A stretch of 63,756 nt of DNA, counting the filler, from an uncultured bacterium (GTDB taxonomy: Bacteria; CAYJOG01): assembly GCA_964371695.1 (NCBI GenBank). It is 8 parts of 8 records of this genome, joined end to end, with 100 filler letters (N's around TTAATTAATTAA, not from the genome) between each part and the next. Parts side by side here need not be neighbours in the genome. Positions count along the whole stretch, not along the records: positions 40,228 to 48,094 come from CAYJOG010000114.1; positions 48,195 to 55,926 come from CAYJOG010000116.1; 6 more parts are not named here. The stretch is one strand, 5' to 3'. This document shows, piece after piece, positions 45,863 through 56,026 of the stretch. The translations under genes and the position numbers were made by a program. The notes under the pieces were generated by a model. The model was not told the origin of the DNA. It was given only the letters and a program-made list of their open reading frames with translations, and made no database searches. How positions within the stretch are numbered: the stretch's first letter is position 1; each line of letters opens with the position of its first letter.

Positions 45863-46876
45863 ATGCCCAGGCGCGGTGTGTTCTGGTTGTTGCTGGCGGC
45901 GCTGGTGCTGCTGATGCCGGTGGCCTGCGGCCTGGGCACCGTCACCATTCCCTATCCCGATGTCACCCGCACCCTCTGGCGCGAGATGCGGGGCCTGGGA
46001 CACCTGAGCGACCCGGTCTACCGCACCATTCTCATGGACGTGCGCCTGCCCCGCGTGCTGTTGGTGGCCCTGGTGGGCGGCGCGCTCGCGCTGTGCGGCG
46101 CGGTGATGCAGGCCACCTTCAAAAACCCCCTCGCCGACCCCGGCCTGTTGGGGGTGAGCGCGGGCGGCGCGCTGGGGGCCGTGCTGGCGATTTACACCGG
46201 CGTGGCCGCCCACGCCGTGTGGGCGCTGCCGCTGCTGGCTTTTGTGGGGGCCATGCTGGCCACCTTCACCGTGCTGGGGGTGGCCAACCTGGGGGGACAG
46301 GCCACCACCACGTCGCTTTTGCTCACGGGCGTGGCCATCGGCTCATTCTGCGTGGCGCTCATGAGTCTGGTGCTGCTGAAGGCCGAAGAAGCCCAGGTGC
46401 GGCAGATTCTTTTCTGGCTCGCGGGCGGGGCCGAGGCCCGCACCTGGGAACACCTTTACACCGGCATGGTCCCCATGGTGGCGGGGGGCGCGGTGTTGCT
46501 GAGTCTGCACCGGCCCCTGGACGTGCTGTTGCTGGGAGACGAACACGCGCTGTCGGGGGGCGTGGCGGTGCGGCGGCTGCGGTTCTGGCTGCTGGTGCTC
46601 ACGTCGCTCACCGCCGGGGCCGCTGTGAGCGTGTGCGGTGCGGTGGGGTTTGTGGGTCTGGTGACGCCCCACATGCTGCGGCTGGTGACCGGCCCCTCGG
46701 CCCGGCGTCTGTTGCCCTGCTGCGTGGTGGGCGGGGCGTTTTTTCTGGTGGCGGCAGACCTGGCCTCGCGCCTGTTGAGTCGCCAGACGGAAATCCCCGT
46801 GGGCATTCTCACATCGCTGGTGGGGGTGCCGTTCTTTTTGTGGCTGCTGGTGCGCAGTAAACAGGAGGCATGGTGA
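45863..46876 (+). CDS. Iron-siderophore/cobalamin ABC transporter permease (FecCD/BtuC)
   Basis: RLPR, NPLADPGLLGVSAG, GFVGLVTPH, EIPVG. Confidence 0.92.
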   Translation: MPRRGVFWLLLAALVLLMPVACGLGTVTIPYPDVTRTLWREMRGLGHLSDPVYRTILMDVRLPRVLLVALVGGALALCGAVMQATFKNPLADPGLLGVSAGGALGAVLAIYTGVAAHAVWALPLLAFVGAMLATFTVLGVANLGGQATTTSLLLTGVAIGSFCVALMSLVLLKAEEAQVRQILFWLAGGAEARTWEHLYTGMVPMVAGGAVLLSLHRPLDVLLLGDEHALSGGVAVRRLRFWLLVLTSLTAGAAVSVCGAVGFVGLVTPHMLRLVTGPSARRLLPCCVVGGAFFLVAADLASRLLSRQTEIPVGILTSLVGVPFFLWLLVRSKQEAW

Positions 46877-47658
46877 GCGGGGCCGTGCTTCAGGCGGGCC
46901 GCCTGCACGCCCGTGTGCCGTCGGGCCGGGAGATTCTGCACGGCCTGGACCTGTCGCTCGCGCCCGGCGAAAAGGTGGCCCTGGTGGGCCCCAACGGGGC
47001 GGGCAAAAGCAGCCTGCTGCGGGTGTTGGCGGGCATCTGGCCCGTCAGCAGCGGTGAGGTGCGGGTGGGGGGCAAAAACCTGAATGCCTACCGGCGCAAG
47101 GCGCTGGCGCGGCAACTGGCCTATCTGCCCCAGCAGACCCACCTTGGCTTTGAACTGACGGTAAAAGAGGTGGTGGCCCAGGGGTTGTATTCCCGCGAGG
47201 GGCTTTCTCCCGCCCAGGCCAGGGCCGAAATCACCCAGGCCATGGCGGCCACCGGCGTGTCAGACCTGGCCCGCCGTCTGCTGCCCAGCCTGTCGGGGGG
47301 CGAGCGCCAGCGGGTGCTGCTGGCCCGCGCCATGGCCCAGGGCGCGCCGCTGCTGCTGCTGGATGAACCCGCCACCGCGCTCGACATTCGCCACACGCTG
47401 GACCTGCTGGACCTGCTGGATGAGCTTTCGGCCAGTGGTGTGACGCTGCTGGTGGCCATGCACGATCTGGAACTGGCGGCCCGGCGTTTTGACCGGGTGG
47501 TGGTGCTGAGTCAGGGCCGCCTGCTGTGCGATGGCCAGCCCCGCACCGTGTTTGAAGACCCCCAGGTGGCGGCCTGTTTTGAGGTGGAGATGTTTTTGCA
47601 GAAGGGTGAAGGCGATCAGGTGGTGCGCTTGGTTTGTCAGAAACCGGTGGGGCGTTAA
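46870..47658 (+). CDS. Iron/cobalamin ABC transporter ATP-binding protein
   Basis: GPNGAGKS, LSGGERQR, LLLDEP, HDL. Confidence 0.92.
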   Translation: MVSGAVLQAGRLHARVPSGREILHGLDLSLAPGEKVALVGPNGAGKSSLLRVLAGIWPVSSGEVRVGGKNLNAYRRKALARQLAYLPQQTHLGFELTVKEVVAQGLYSREGLSPAQARAEITQAMAATGVSDLARRLLPSLSGGERQRVLLARAMAQGAPLLLLDEPATALDIRHTLDLLDLLDELSASGVTLLVAMHDLELAARRFDRVVVLSQGRLLCDGQPRTVFEDPQVAACFEVEMFLQKGEGDQVVRLVCQKPVGR

Positions 47659-47867
47659 AGCACCACGTTCACGCGGTTGTCGGTGGTCACCGCGCGGTTG
47701 GTCATGGTCCGGTACTCTTTTCCGGTCAGTCCTTCCACGGATTTCTGCTTCACCTCGTCCACCACGTCGCGCAGCGTGTGGCTGGCGGTGAGGCTGGAGT
47801 TTTCGCGGATCTGTGAAATGGTGCGTGTGGTGTTAAACCCCGCGCCCGTGGCAACCATGATGGCCAT
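47655..47867 (-). CDS. Small hypothetical protein (70 aa)
   Basis: Strong GGAGGT SD before ATG 47867, GC3-biased codons. Stop overlaps the convergent ABC gene stop. Confidence 0.6.
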   Translation of the reverse strand: MAIMVATGAGFNTTRTISQIRENSSLTASHTLRDVVDEVKQKSVEGLTGKEYRTMTNRAVTTDNRVNVVL

Positions 47868-48366
47868 CTGACTTACCTCCCTGTGGACGTGCTTGTTGTT
47901 GTTATTCCCCCGGAGACTCTGCCCCGTGTCACACAGGATAACAAAACACCTTTGTTGCGGCAAGCCGCAGCCGCAAAAGCCTGAGAGCCTGTTTTAGAGC
48001 AAATTCACATTTGACGTAGACAAAGGGCGAGGCCAGTCTTTGCCCTCTCCCTCAGGGAGAGGGCAGACCGTGACCGAACAGATGTGAGGTCACGNNNNNN
48101 NNNNNNNNNNNNNNNNNNNNNNNNNNNNNNNNNNNNNNTTAATTAATTAANNNNNNNNNNNNNNNNNNNNNNNNNNNNNNNNNNNNNNNNNNNNCCCCCC
48201 CCCCCCCCAAAACCAAAACAAAATTTGGTTTTGCATATATTTTCGTGTATCCCCGTTTTCGGGGAATTCACGGCGGAGTGGCGTGGTTTGTTTCTTTTTC
48301 CAACTTCCAACCACCAACCACCAACCTCCAACCACCAACCTCCACCTTCCAGCTTTCGCCTTCCTT

Positions 48367-49098
48367 CTACCACGGCAAAGGCTGGCCGTCGCGGAAAAAA
48401 CCGCCGGTGGGGCCGTCGCCGGGCAGTGTGGCGGCCCACACCACGCTGGCGGCCCCCTGCTGCACCTCGCGGGTGGCGTTGGGGCCCCCCATGTCGGTGC
48501 GCACCCAGCCGGGGCACACGCTGTTGATCTTCACGTCCGTTTGCCCCAGTTCGGCGGCCATCATGCGGGTGAGGCCGTTCAGCGCCACCTTGCTCAGGCG
48601 ATAGGCTCCCCAGCCACCCCCCATGTCGCTGAGCTGCCCCATGCCGCTGGACACGTTCACCACGCGGCCATAACCGTTTTTCTGCATCAGCGGAATGAAC
48701 GCCTGACACAGGGCCAAAGGGCCTTCCAGATTGGTGGCCAGGGTGGCGTGCAGGTTTTCGGGCGACAGGTTAAAAACCGAGGCATCGGCCACGTTCCAAC
48801 TGCCGGGGGCCTCGCGCTGAATGCCTGCGTTGTTCACCAATACGTCCAGGCGGCCAAACTCTTTTTCCACCAGCGCCTTGAGGGCCGCGATGCTGCCTGG
48901 GCTGGTGACGTCCAGCGCCACGGGCCGCACATCCACGCCCTCTGCCTTCAGGTTGTCCGCCGCCGACGTAGCCCTGGCCATGTCTCTGGCCCCCAACAGC
49001 ACGGTGTCGCCTTTTTTCGCCAACTGGCGGCACACCTCCAGGCCGATGCCCCGGTTTGCGCCGGTGACCAGTGCGATGCGGTGAGCCAGTGAAGTCAT
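48367..49098 (-). CDS. Short-chain dehydrogenase/reductase (carbonyl reductase-like)
   Basis: TGANRGIG, NNAG, NVSS, YRLSK, CPGWVRTDMGG. Confidence 0.92.
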   Translation of the reverse strand: MTSLAHRIALVTGANRGIGLEVCRQLAKKGDTVLLGARDMARATSAADNLKAEGVDVRPVALDVTSPGSIAALKALVEKEFGRLDVLVNNAGIQREAPGSWNVADASVFNLSPENLHATLATNLEGPLALCQAFIPLMQKNGYGRVVNVSSGMGQLSDMGGGWGAYRLSKVALNGLTRMMAAELGQTDVKINSVCPGWVRTDMGGPNATREVQQGAASVVWAATLPGDGPTGGFFRDGQPLPW

Positions 49099-49153
49099 CG
49101 GACCATTGTATTCACGCCGCCAGGAAATCAGGACGTTTGCCGCCGGTGGTCCT

Positions 49154-49330
49154 GAAAATCTGTTTACAAAGTCCGTCGTGAACTTTGTAAACCCAACGCT
49201 TTCAGGGGCAAAGCCCCTTCGGCGTGGCGAAAACCTGTGCTTTTTCAAAGCTCCGGTTTTCGGAGCAGGCCCTCCGTGGCCTGCCGATCCGGTTTATAAA
49301 CGCATCTTCATCCGCCTATAAACCGGCTCT
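49154..49330. mobile_element. Family E element, overlapping the last codons of the PP2C gene
   Basis: Same hairpin series as 42936-43101 and 57281-57462. Right end ATAAACCGGCTCT. Confidence 0.6.
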
Positions 49331-51707
49331 GAAAAGATTTCTCCTGTTCCTTGTCCAGCATGCGGAACATTTCTTCGGGGTCTTCACGGCACACGGCCAC
49401 CAGGGCCACGTCGTCGGACACACTTTTGCCGTCCAGAAACGCCTTGAAATGCGACGATACCAGCCGCATGGTTTCTTCGGCGGTGGCGGGTTTGGCGTTG
49501 TTGAGCAACGCCACGATGTGTTCCACTTCCAGCCGTTCTCCCAGGGTGTTTTCGGACTCAAAAAGGCCGTCGGTGAAAAACACCACGATGTCGCCGCCGC
49601 TGAGCTTGATGAGGTAATCCCCAAAGCTCACGTCCTCCACCAGTCCCAGGGGGCTGCCGGTGCCCTCGGCCTCACGCCATCTGCCTGATTTGTGGTTGTA
49701 AATCAGGGGCGGCGGGTGGCCGGCAGTGCTGTATCTGAGCGAGGAACCATCGGCCTGGAACACGCCCAGCAGCAGTGTGCCATACAGCCCCACCTTGCCG
49801 ATGGTGTCCAGCAGGCGCAGGTTCAGTCGGTGCATGATCTGCGCCGGGCCGCTGCCGTCGCTGCGCAGCAGTTCCTCGGCGGTGAATCCGTGCAGCCAGG
49901 CCATGGCCAGACCCGCCCGGCCGCCGCTGCCGCTGATGTCGCCCACGCCCACGGCAATGCGGTTGTCTTTGGTGAGGTAAGTGCCGATGAGGTCCGCCGC
50001 AAAGGCCTCGCGGCCTGCTTTTCCGGCGGTTTCTTCGAGGTAGCGGGCGATTTCATAGGTGCCGAAACGCTGCACTTCGGGGGGCAACATGCTGCGCTGC
50101 ACCTCCACCATGGCATAGTGCTCATCCTTGAGCAGGTCGCGGGCCTGTTCGGCCTCGCGCTTGGCTTTCAGTTCGGCGGCCTGACGTTCTTCGAGCTGGA
50201 TTTTCATGTCGTGAATGGACCGGAACAGGCGGCTGATTTCGTCCTGGCCGGGCAGCAGGGGCACGGTGGTGTCCTGGCGTCCCACGGCGATGTCGTGGGC
50301 CAGACCGGAAATCTGCGTGAGGTGGCGGCTGAAGCGCCCCGCCACCACCCAGGCCAAAAGCGCCGTGCCCAGCCACAAAAAGAAGGCGTAAAAACCCACC
50401 CGCAGGCTGTAGGCCAGGATTTCGCCGTGGGCCTTGGCCGAGGGTTCGTAGCTGATGAGGTCAAACCTCAGGTGTGACAGGCCGCTGCCCAGCTCCACGG
50501 GGCGGCGCAGCAACAGCGCGCCGCTGGCAGCGGGGGTGAGGGTTTCCCGCAGGCCGGAGAGCTGTTTTTCGCCCCGCTGCATCAGGGCCGCGTCGGGGGT
50601 GTTCTGGTTGCTGTTGAACAGCAGGTGTGCGGTCCGACCCTCGCCGGGATAAGCCACCAGGGCGGTTTCAGCCAGGGTGGACTGGCGCTTGAGGTAATAA
50701 CGCAGGGCGTCGAGGTTCAGCAGGCCCACGAGATAACCCGTGATTTCGTCCATGTCGGTGATGGTTTTTTCGGCCACCATCACGGTGTAACCCCCAAAGG
50801 TGGGGTCCATGAACAGGCCGCTCGTCTGGGGCAGTTGCCCCGGCTCGCGGATGAGCTGCCAGATAAGGCGGGCCATGGCTTTTTCCTTGGGAATCAGCGG
50901 CAGGACATTTTTGCGCCGGGCCACCAGCCCGCGGCGCACCGAGGCCAGCGAATCAATCGTTTCCTGGGCCTGGGGCGGAAGCTTGTCTACTGCAAAGCCT
51001 TTTTTGAGCCAATAGTCCTTTTCGAGATTGATTTCTTCTTCCACTTCGCGGATGTCCGTGTCCAGGGCGCGGGTGGTGATGGAAAGGAAATCCATGTGGG
51101 CCACCTGATCTTCATTTTTCAGGTAGACGTAAAGGTCGTTCTGACGCCGTTTGCGGGTGGTGGCCACGATGTGTTTCTGGCTGTCCAGAAAAAGCAGGTC
51201 GCGAATCAGGCTGGGCATGGCGGCCACGGCGCTGGTTTTGACGCCGGCTTCGGCCTGTCGGCAGATGCCGGGGTTGTACAGCGCCACGCGGTCTTCACGG
51301 GGGCAGATGATTTTTTGAAGCCACACATATTTGTAACGATAGGGAATGCCGGAGCCGTCTTTGAAGCGGTTGTCACCGGGGGCAAAAAGCATGGCGTTGG
51401 TGTCGGCCTCGGTGACCACGCGGTTGTAAAAATCCTCCATGCGGTGCTGGAACACGGTTTCCATGGCCCGCATGTTGTTGGAGAGTGTGCGGTGGGTGCG
51501 GTCGAACACGGCCCTTTTCTGCCGGTTGATGTCCAGTTGGGCATAGGTCACCGCCACCACGCCCATCACCACGCTCAGCATGAGAAACATCTTCACCCGC
51601 AACTGATGGCGAAGGGGAATTCCCGTTTTGGCGGTGGCTTCGCGCATAGAAGATTTGTTCTCGACCTGTTCCACAGGCCATTTTACGGGCAATTTCCGTG
51701 CCGTCAT
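49308..51707 (-). CDS. Membrane sensor with HAMP and SpoIIE/PP2C phosphatase domain
   Basis: Two TM helices around a large extracytoplasmic region, HAMP (DEISRL), VGDISG, AGHPPP, FTDGLFE, DDVALV. Start could be 51647. Confidence 0.85.
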   Translation of the reverse strand: MTARKLPVKWPVEQVENKSSMREATAKTGIPLRHQLRVKMFLMLSVVMGVVAVTYAQLDINRQKRAVFDRTHRTLSNNMRAMETVFQHRMEDFYNRVVTEADTNAMLFAPGDNRFKDGSGIPYRYKYVWLQKIICPREDRVALYNPGICRQAEAGVKTSAVAAMPSLIRDLLFLDSQKHIVATTRKRRQNDLYVYLKNEDQVAHMDFLSITTRALDTDIREVEEEINLEKDYWLKKGFAVDKLPPQAQETIDSLASVRRGLVARRKNVLPLIPKEKAMARLIWQLIREPGQLPQTSGLFMDPTFGGYTVMVAEKTITDMDEITGYLVGLLNLDALRYYLKRQSTLAETALVAYPGEGRTAHLLFNSNQNTPDAALMQRGEKQLSGLRETLTPAASGALLLRRPVELGSGLSHLRFDLISYEPSAKAHGEILAYSLRVGFYAFFLWLGTALLAWVVAGRFSRHLTQISGLAHDIAVGRQDTTVPLLPGQDEISRLFRSIHDMKIQLEERQAAELKAKREAEQARDLLKDEHYAMVEVQRSMLPPEVQRFGTYEIARYLEETAGKAGREAFAADLIGTYLTKDNRIAVGVGDISGSGGRAGLAMAWLHGFTAEELLRSDGSGPAQIMHRLNLRLLDTIGKVGLYGTLLLGVFQADGSSLRYSTAGHPPPLIYNHKSGRWREAEGTGSPLGLVEDVSFGDYLIKLSGGDIVVFFTDGLFESENTLGERLEVEHIVALLNNAKPATAEETMRLVSSHFKAFLDGKSVSDDVALVAVCREDPEEMFRMLDKEQEKSFQSRFIGG

Positions 51708-52191
51708 GTTTTCTCATAAAAAACCTGGCCCATATTTTTGAATTGCACCATGTTGCGCATGGCGCAATTGCGGGTGCCTGTTGACCAAAACCTTGGCCNN
51801 NNNNNNNNCCTCCCGTCATTCCCGCGAAAGCGGGAATCCAGTAAAACATAAGGAAAAAGGTTGATTTTTGCCTTTTTTTGACGCCCTCATCCGGCCTTCG
51901 GCCACCTTCTCCCATCCTGCGGACGGGAGAAGGAAAAGAACACCGACTTTGCCCTCTCCCGTGCTTTGCATGGGAGAGGGTGGTTGATGACTGAACCAGG
52001 TTCAGTCATCAAGCGGGTGAGGGCGATGTGAAAAGAAAAAACCAAACAACGTGAGGCAGCCAGACAATGCTTGCCTTTCCAAATCGAAATATGCGCCAGC
52101 CATGGTGATCTCATGAATCCAAGAAGATTTCAGGATATAAGTTGTAAAGTATGCGGCCCTGACCGGCCCCTGTCGGTAACCGGAGGTTTCC

Positions 52192-53958
52192 ATGTCCGAA
52201 GACGTTTCCCTTTTTGACGTGCGTGAAGGTCACGAAAACGACCAGCTCGAGGCGTTGCGCCACACGGCCAGCCACATTCTGGCCCAGGCCCTCAAGCGCC
52301 TGTATGGCCCCGTGGAACTGGGCACCGGCCCCACGATTGAAGACGGGTTTTATTACGACTTCCGCTGCGAAAAACACGTGAGCGACGAAGACCTGCCCGC
52401 CATCGAAGAAGAAATGCGCCGCATCGTCAAGGAAAAACTGCCCGTGGAGCGCCACCTGCTGCCCCGGGGAGAAGCCTTTGCCAAGCTGGAGGAACGCCAC
52501 GAACCCTTCAAGGTGGAACTGCTGCGGGGCATTGAGGGCGAAGAGGTCAGTTTTTATAACCAGGGGGAGTTCTGGGACCTGTGCCGTGGCCCCCACGTGG
52601 AGAACACCTCGGCCCTGAAGGCATTCAAGCTGCTGAGCGTGAGCGGGGCCTATTGGCGGGCCGACGAACGCAACCCCCAGATGCAGCGGGTGTATGGCAC
52701 CGCCTTTTTGACCAAAGAGGAACTGGACGACCACCTGCACCGGCTGGAGGAGGCCAAACGCCGCGACCACCGCCGTCTGGGCCGGGAACTGGACCTGTTC
52801 AGCATTCACCACGAACAGTTCGGTGCGGGTCTGGTGTTCTGGCACCCCAAGGGAGCCTTCATCCGCAGCCAGATCGAGGCGTTCTGGCGTCAGGAGCACC
52901 TGGACCGGGGTTATCAGTTCCTCTACACCCCCCACGTGGCCAATCTGGAGCTGTGGAAAACCAGCGGCCACTGGGATTTTTACCGCGAAAACATGTTCAG
53001 CCCCCTGGAGCTGGAGAACACCCAGATGATGATCAAGCCCATGAACTGTCCGGGGCACATTCTGGTGTTCAACAGCCACCTGCACAGCTACCGCGACCTG
53101 CCGGTGCGTTATGCCGAGCTGGGCACGGTGTACCGCTATGAAAAATCGGGCGTGCTGCACGGCCTGATGCGCGTGCGGGGCTTTACACAAGACGATGCCC
53201 ATATCTTTTGCACCCCCCAGCAACTGGCGGGTGAAATCGAAGACGTGCTGGCTTTGGTGCAGACTTATTTCCAGAAATTTGGTTTTGACGAGTACGAGGT
53301 TTACCTCAGCACCCGGCCCGAAAAGAGCGTGGGGGGCGACGAACTGTGGGAAGTGGCCACCCAGGCCCTGCGCGAAGCCCTGGAAAAAAGCGGCCTGAAA
53401 TGGCAACTGGACCCCGGTGAAGGCGTGTTTTATGGCCCCAAAATAGACATCAAGATACGCGACAGCCTGAAACGCATGTGGCAGTGCAGCACCATTCAGG
53501 TGGACTTCAACAACCCCGAACGCTTCAAGGTGGAATATGTGGATGAGGACAACCAGCGCCACCCCGTGGTGATGGTGCACCGGGCCATCATGGGCAGCCT
53601 GGAGCGGTTCTTTGGCATCCTGATTGAACACTTTGGCGGCCAGTTTCCCCTGTGGCTGGCCCCCGACCAAGTGTGGGTGCTCACGGTGAGCGACAAGTTT
53701 TCGGACTACGCAGCCGAGGTGCTGGGGGTGCTCAAAGAGGCGGGCATCCGGGCCGTGGCAGGCCCCAAGGGCGAAAAACTGGGCAAACAGATTCGTCTGG
53801 CCCAGCAGCAAAAGACCCCCATGATGCTGATCGTGGGGGGCGAAGAGGCACAGAACCGCACCGTCAGCATCAGGAACCTGAAGGGCGAGGAAGAGAAGGG
53901 ATTGCCCCTTCCGGCGGTCATTCAGTGGATTCTTGACGGCGTGAAGGCTGGTTCGTAA
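52192..53958 (+). CDS. thrS: Threonine--tRNA ligase (no N-terminal TGS domain)
   Basis: RHTASH, DLCRGPH, RDHRRLG, KPMNCP, RVRGFTQDDAH, FYGPK. Confidence 0.96.
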   Translation: MSEDVSLFDVREGHENDQLEALRHTASHILAQALKRLYGPVELGTGPTIEDGFYYDFRCEKHVSDEDLPAIEEEMRRIVKEKLPVERHLLPRGEAFAKLEERHEPFKVELLRGIEGEEVSFYNQGEFWDLCRGPHVENTSALKAFKLLSVSGAYWRADERNPQMQRVYGTAFLTKEELDDHLHRLEEAKRRDHRRLGRELDLFSIHHEQFGAGLVFWHPKGAFIRSQIEAFWRQEHLDRGYQFLYTPHVANLELWKTSGHWDFYRENMFSPLELENTQMMIKPMNCPGHILVFNSHLHSYRDLPVRYAELGTVYRYEKSGVLHGLMRVRGFTQDDAHIFCTPQQLAGEIEDVLALVQTYFQKFGFDEYEVYLSTRPEKSVGGDELWEVATQALREALEKSGLKWQLDPGEGVFYGPKIDIKIRDSLKRMWQCSTIQVDFNNPERFKVEYVDEDNQRHPVVMVHRAIMGSLERFFGILIEHFGGQFPLWLAPDQVWVLTVSDKFSDYAAEVLGVLKEAGIRAVAGPKGEKLGKQIRLAQQQKTPMMLIVGGEEAQNRTVSIRNLKGEEEKGLPLPAVIQWILDGVKAGS

Positions 53959-54038
53959 AGTAAGTGGACCCCGAAAGGGGAAAACCGCAGGCCGAAAGGA
54001 AACCAGAGGAGTGAAGTTTTTCCATAGAGGAGTAATGT

Positions 54039-54755
54039 TTGGCCAAAGGACGTAGCCGCCCGGCGCCGGTTGTAACGCCCCGGGCCCGAATAAACACCCA
54101 GATACGCGTGCCGATGGTGAGGCTCATCGGCGAAAACGGGGAACTTGTGGGCGTGGTGCCCATCGCCCAGGCCCTTGAAATGGCCAAGGCCGCAGAGCTG
54201 GATCTGGTGGAAGTGGCCGCCAAGGCCGATCCGCCGGTTTGCCGTGTCATGGACTACGGCAAGTTCCAGTACCAGCAAAAGAAAAAAGACCGCATGAGCG
54301 CCAAGAGCCAGCGCAAGGGCCAGCTCAAAGAGGTCAAGTTTCGTTGCAAAATCGATGAGAACGACATCCAGACCAAAACCAAGCGCATCGAGAAGTTCAT
54401 CAAAGAGGGCGACAAGGTCAAAATTCAGGTGGACTTCCGGGGCAGGGAAATCGTGCATAAAGATGTCGGTTTTGCCCTGATCAACCGGGTGATCGCCATG
54501 TGCGACGACTTTGCCCAGACCGAACGGGACCCCAAAAGTGAAGGCCGCAGCATCATCACCTATCTGGTGCCGCGCAAAGGCCCCAAAAAACCGGCCAAAC
54601 CGGTGTCAAAGCCTGCGGCTGCCGCTCCGGCTGCTCCGTCGCCCGCCCCCGCTGCCGCCTCGCCTGCGCCCGCTGCCGCTGTGGCCGCTGCGCCAGAGGC
54701 CCCCGCCCAGGTCGAGGCTCCCCAGGCCGCAAGCCCCACACCGGCCCAGGGGTAA
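54039..54755 (+). CDS. infC: Translation initiation factor IF-3 with Ala/Pro-rich C-terminal extension
   Basis: RIN.QIR, LDLVEV, PPVCRVMDYGKF, KEVKF. TTG start 6 nt after GAGGAG. Confidence 0.95.
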   Translation: MAKGRSRPAPVVTPRARINTQIRVPMVRLIGENGELVGVVPIAQALEMAKAAELDLVEVAAKADPPVCRVMDYGKFQYQQKKKDRMSAKSQRKGQLKEVKFRCKIDENDIQTKTKRIEKFIKEGDKVKIQVDFRGREIVHKDVGFALINRVIAMCDDFAQTERDPKSEGRSIITYLVPRKGPKKPAKPVSKPAAAAPAAPSPAPAAASPAPAAAVAAAPEAPAQVEAPQAASPTPAQG

Positions 54756-54860
54756 AAAAATGGTTTAACAATTTTTGGTGCTCTCGGGTTGATTCGGGCC
54801 TCAAAGCACGTCACAATCCGTGACCCTTAAGGAACTTCAGGGACAAGAAAGGGAACCGTC

Positions 54861-55061
54861 ATGCCCAGGAAAGGTAAAACACACAGCGGCGCCAAAAAGC
54901 GCTTCAAGATCACTGCCACCGGCAAGATCATGCGCCGCAGCGCCAACCGCAACCATCTGTTGCAAAAAAAATCCACCAAGCGCAAGCGCACTCTTTCGGG
55001 CATGACCCAGGTGGACAGCACCGACTACAAACGCATCGCAAAAATCATGCAGGTGGGGTAA
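54861..55061 (+). CDS. rpmI: 50S ribosomal protein L35
   Basis: [17 protein letters not shown]; position in the operon. Confidence 0.95.
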   Translation: MPRKGKTHSGAKKRFKITATGKIMRRSANRNHLLQKKSTKRKRTLSGMTQVDSTDYKRIAKIMQVG

Positions 55062-55138
55062 ACTCCCCCGCCTGACCAACAATCCGGTCATTTTTCAGCG
55101 TTCCCCCCCTCGCCGGGAGGGGTGACAGAGGAGGCAAC

Positions 55139-55486
55139 ATGGCGCGAGTCAAACGGGGTGTGGCGGCCCATCAGAAACACAAAAAAGTTCTTAAACTGGC
55201 CAAGGGGTATCGCGGCAGCCGCAGCCGCCATCACAGCCAGGCCAAAGATGCGGTGATGCACGCCGGGCAATACGCCTATGTGGGCCGCCGCCTGAAAAAG
55301 CGGAACTTCCGCTCGTTGTGGGTGGCTCGCGTGAGCGCGGCGCTCAAGCCCCATGACATCACTTACAGCCGTTTTATGGGCGCGCTCAAGACCAAGGGCA
55401 TTGCGCTGAACCGCAAGGTGATCAGCGAAATGGCCATTCACGCGCCCGAAGCCTTTGGCGCGCTCGTTGCTCAGGCCAAGGCCTGA
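55139..55486 (+). CDS. rplT: 50S ribosomal protein L20
   Basis: [33 protein letters not shown]. Confidence 0.96.
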   Translation: MARVKRGVAAHQKHKKVLKLAKGYRGSRSRHHSQAKDAVMHAGQYAYVGRRLKKRNFRSLWVARVSAALKPHDITYSRFMGALKTKGIALNRKVISEMAIHAPEAFGALVAQAKA

Positions 55487-55524
55487 GCGCCTTTTGAACC
55501 CCCCTTCGTCAAAAGGAGAGTGAC

Positions 55525-55782
55525 ATGCAAGATTCCACGAACGACACCGCGCTTTACCGCGAAGTTCGCCACGAACAGCGCGAAGACGATCACACCGATC
55601 TTTACACCCACACGGTCAAAACCCGCAGCAAGGTGTTTTATTTTGATTTCCGCGAGAACGACAACGGCCGTTACCTTAAAATCACCGAGAAAAGTGGTGT
55701 GCGCAGAAACCAGATCATGGTGCCCGCCGAGGGCCTGGAGGAGTTCAAGGAAACTCTCCTTAAAGTGGTTGAGCTGCTTTAA
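55525..55782 (+). CDS. PUR-alpha-like (DUF3276) ssDNA/RNA-binding protein
   Basis: KVFYFDFRENDNGRYLKITE..RNQIMVP.EGLEEF is a single PUR repeat. AAGGAG SD. Confidence 0.82.
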   Translation: MQDSTNDTALYREVRHEQREDDHTDLYTHTVKTRSKVFYFDFRENDNGRYLKITEKSGVRRNQIMVPAEGLEEFKETLLKVVELL

Positions 55783-56026
55783 TCTTCTGCGCAAAGCCCA
55801 AACCCTCGTTTTGCTGATGGGTTTTGCTCTGCTGGCGGGGGTCGCTCAGGCCAAAGCACCCACCGAAACGGATCGCTTTTCGCAGGTCCGCCGGGGAGAG
55901 GTTTTGTTTGTGCGGGTGTTGGGAGANNNNNNNNNNNNNNNNNNNNNNNNNNNNNNNNNNNNNNNNNNNNTTAATTAATTAANNNNNNNNNNNNNNNNNN
56001 NNNNNNNNNNNNNNNNNNNNNNNNNN

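Noticed and set aside
52030-52191. T-box leader upstream of thrS (also checked upstream of valS)
   Set aside because: No T-box consensus (GGTGGNACCGCG) or terminator/antiterminator was seen.
53960-54010. c-di-GMP-I or other known riboswitch
   Set aside because: Has GAAA tetraloops but lacks the GGCAAAC..GACGCAAAGC-type core and tetraloop receptor; kept only as an unassigned leader.
7996-56026. Regularly spaced TTAATTAATTAA motif in N-runs every ~8 kb
   Set aside because: Artificial six-frame-stop contig linker. Cross-linker adjacency has no biological meaning.
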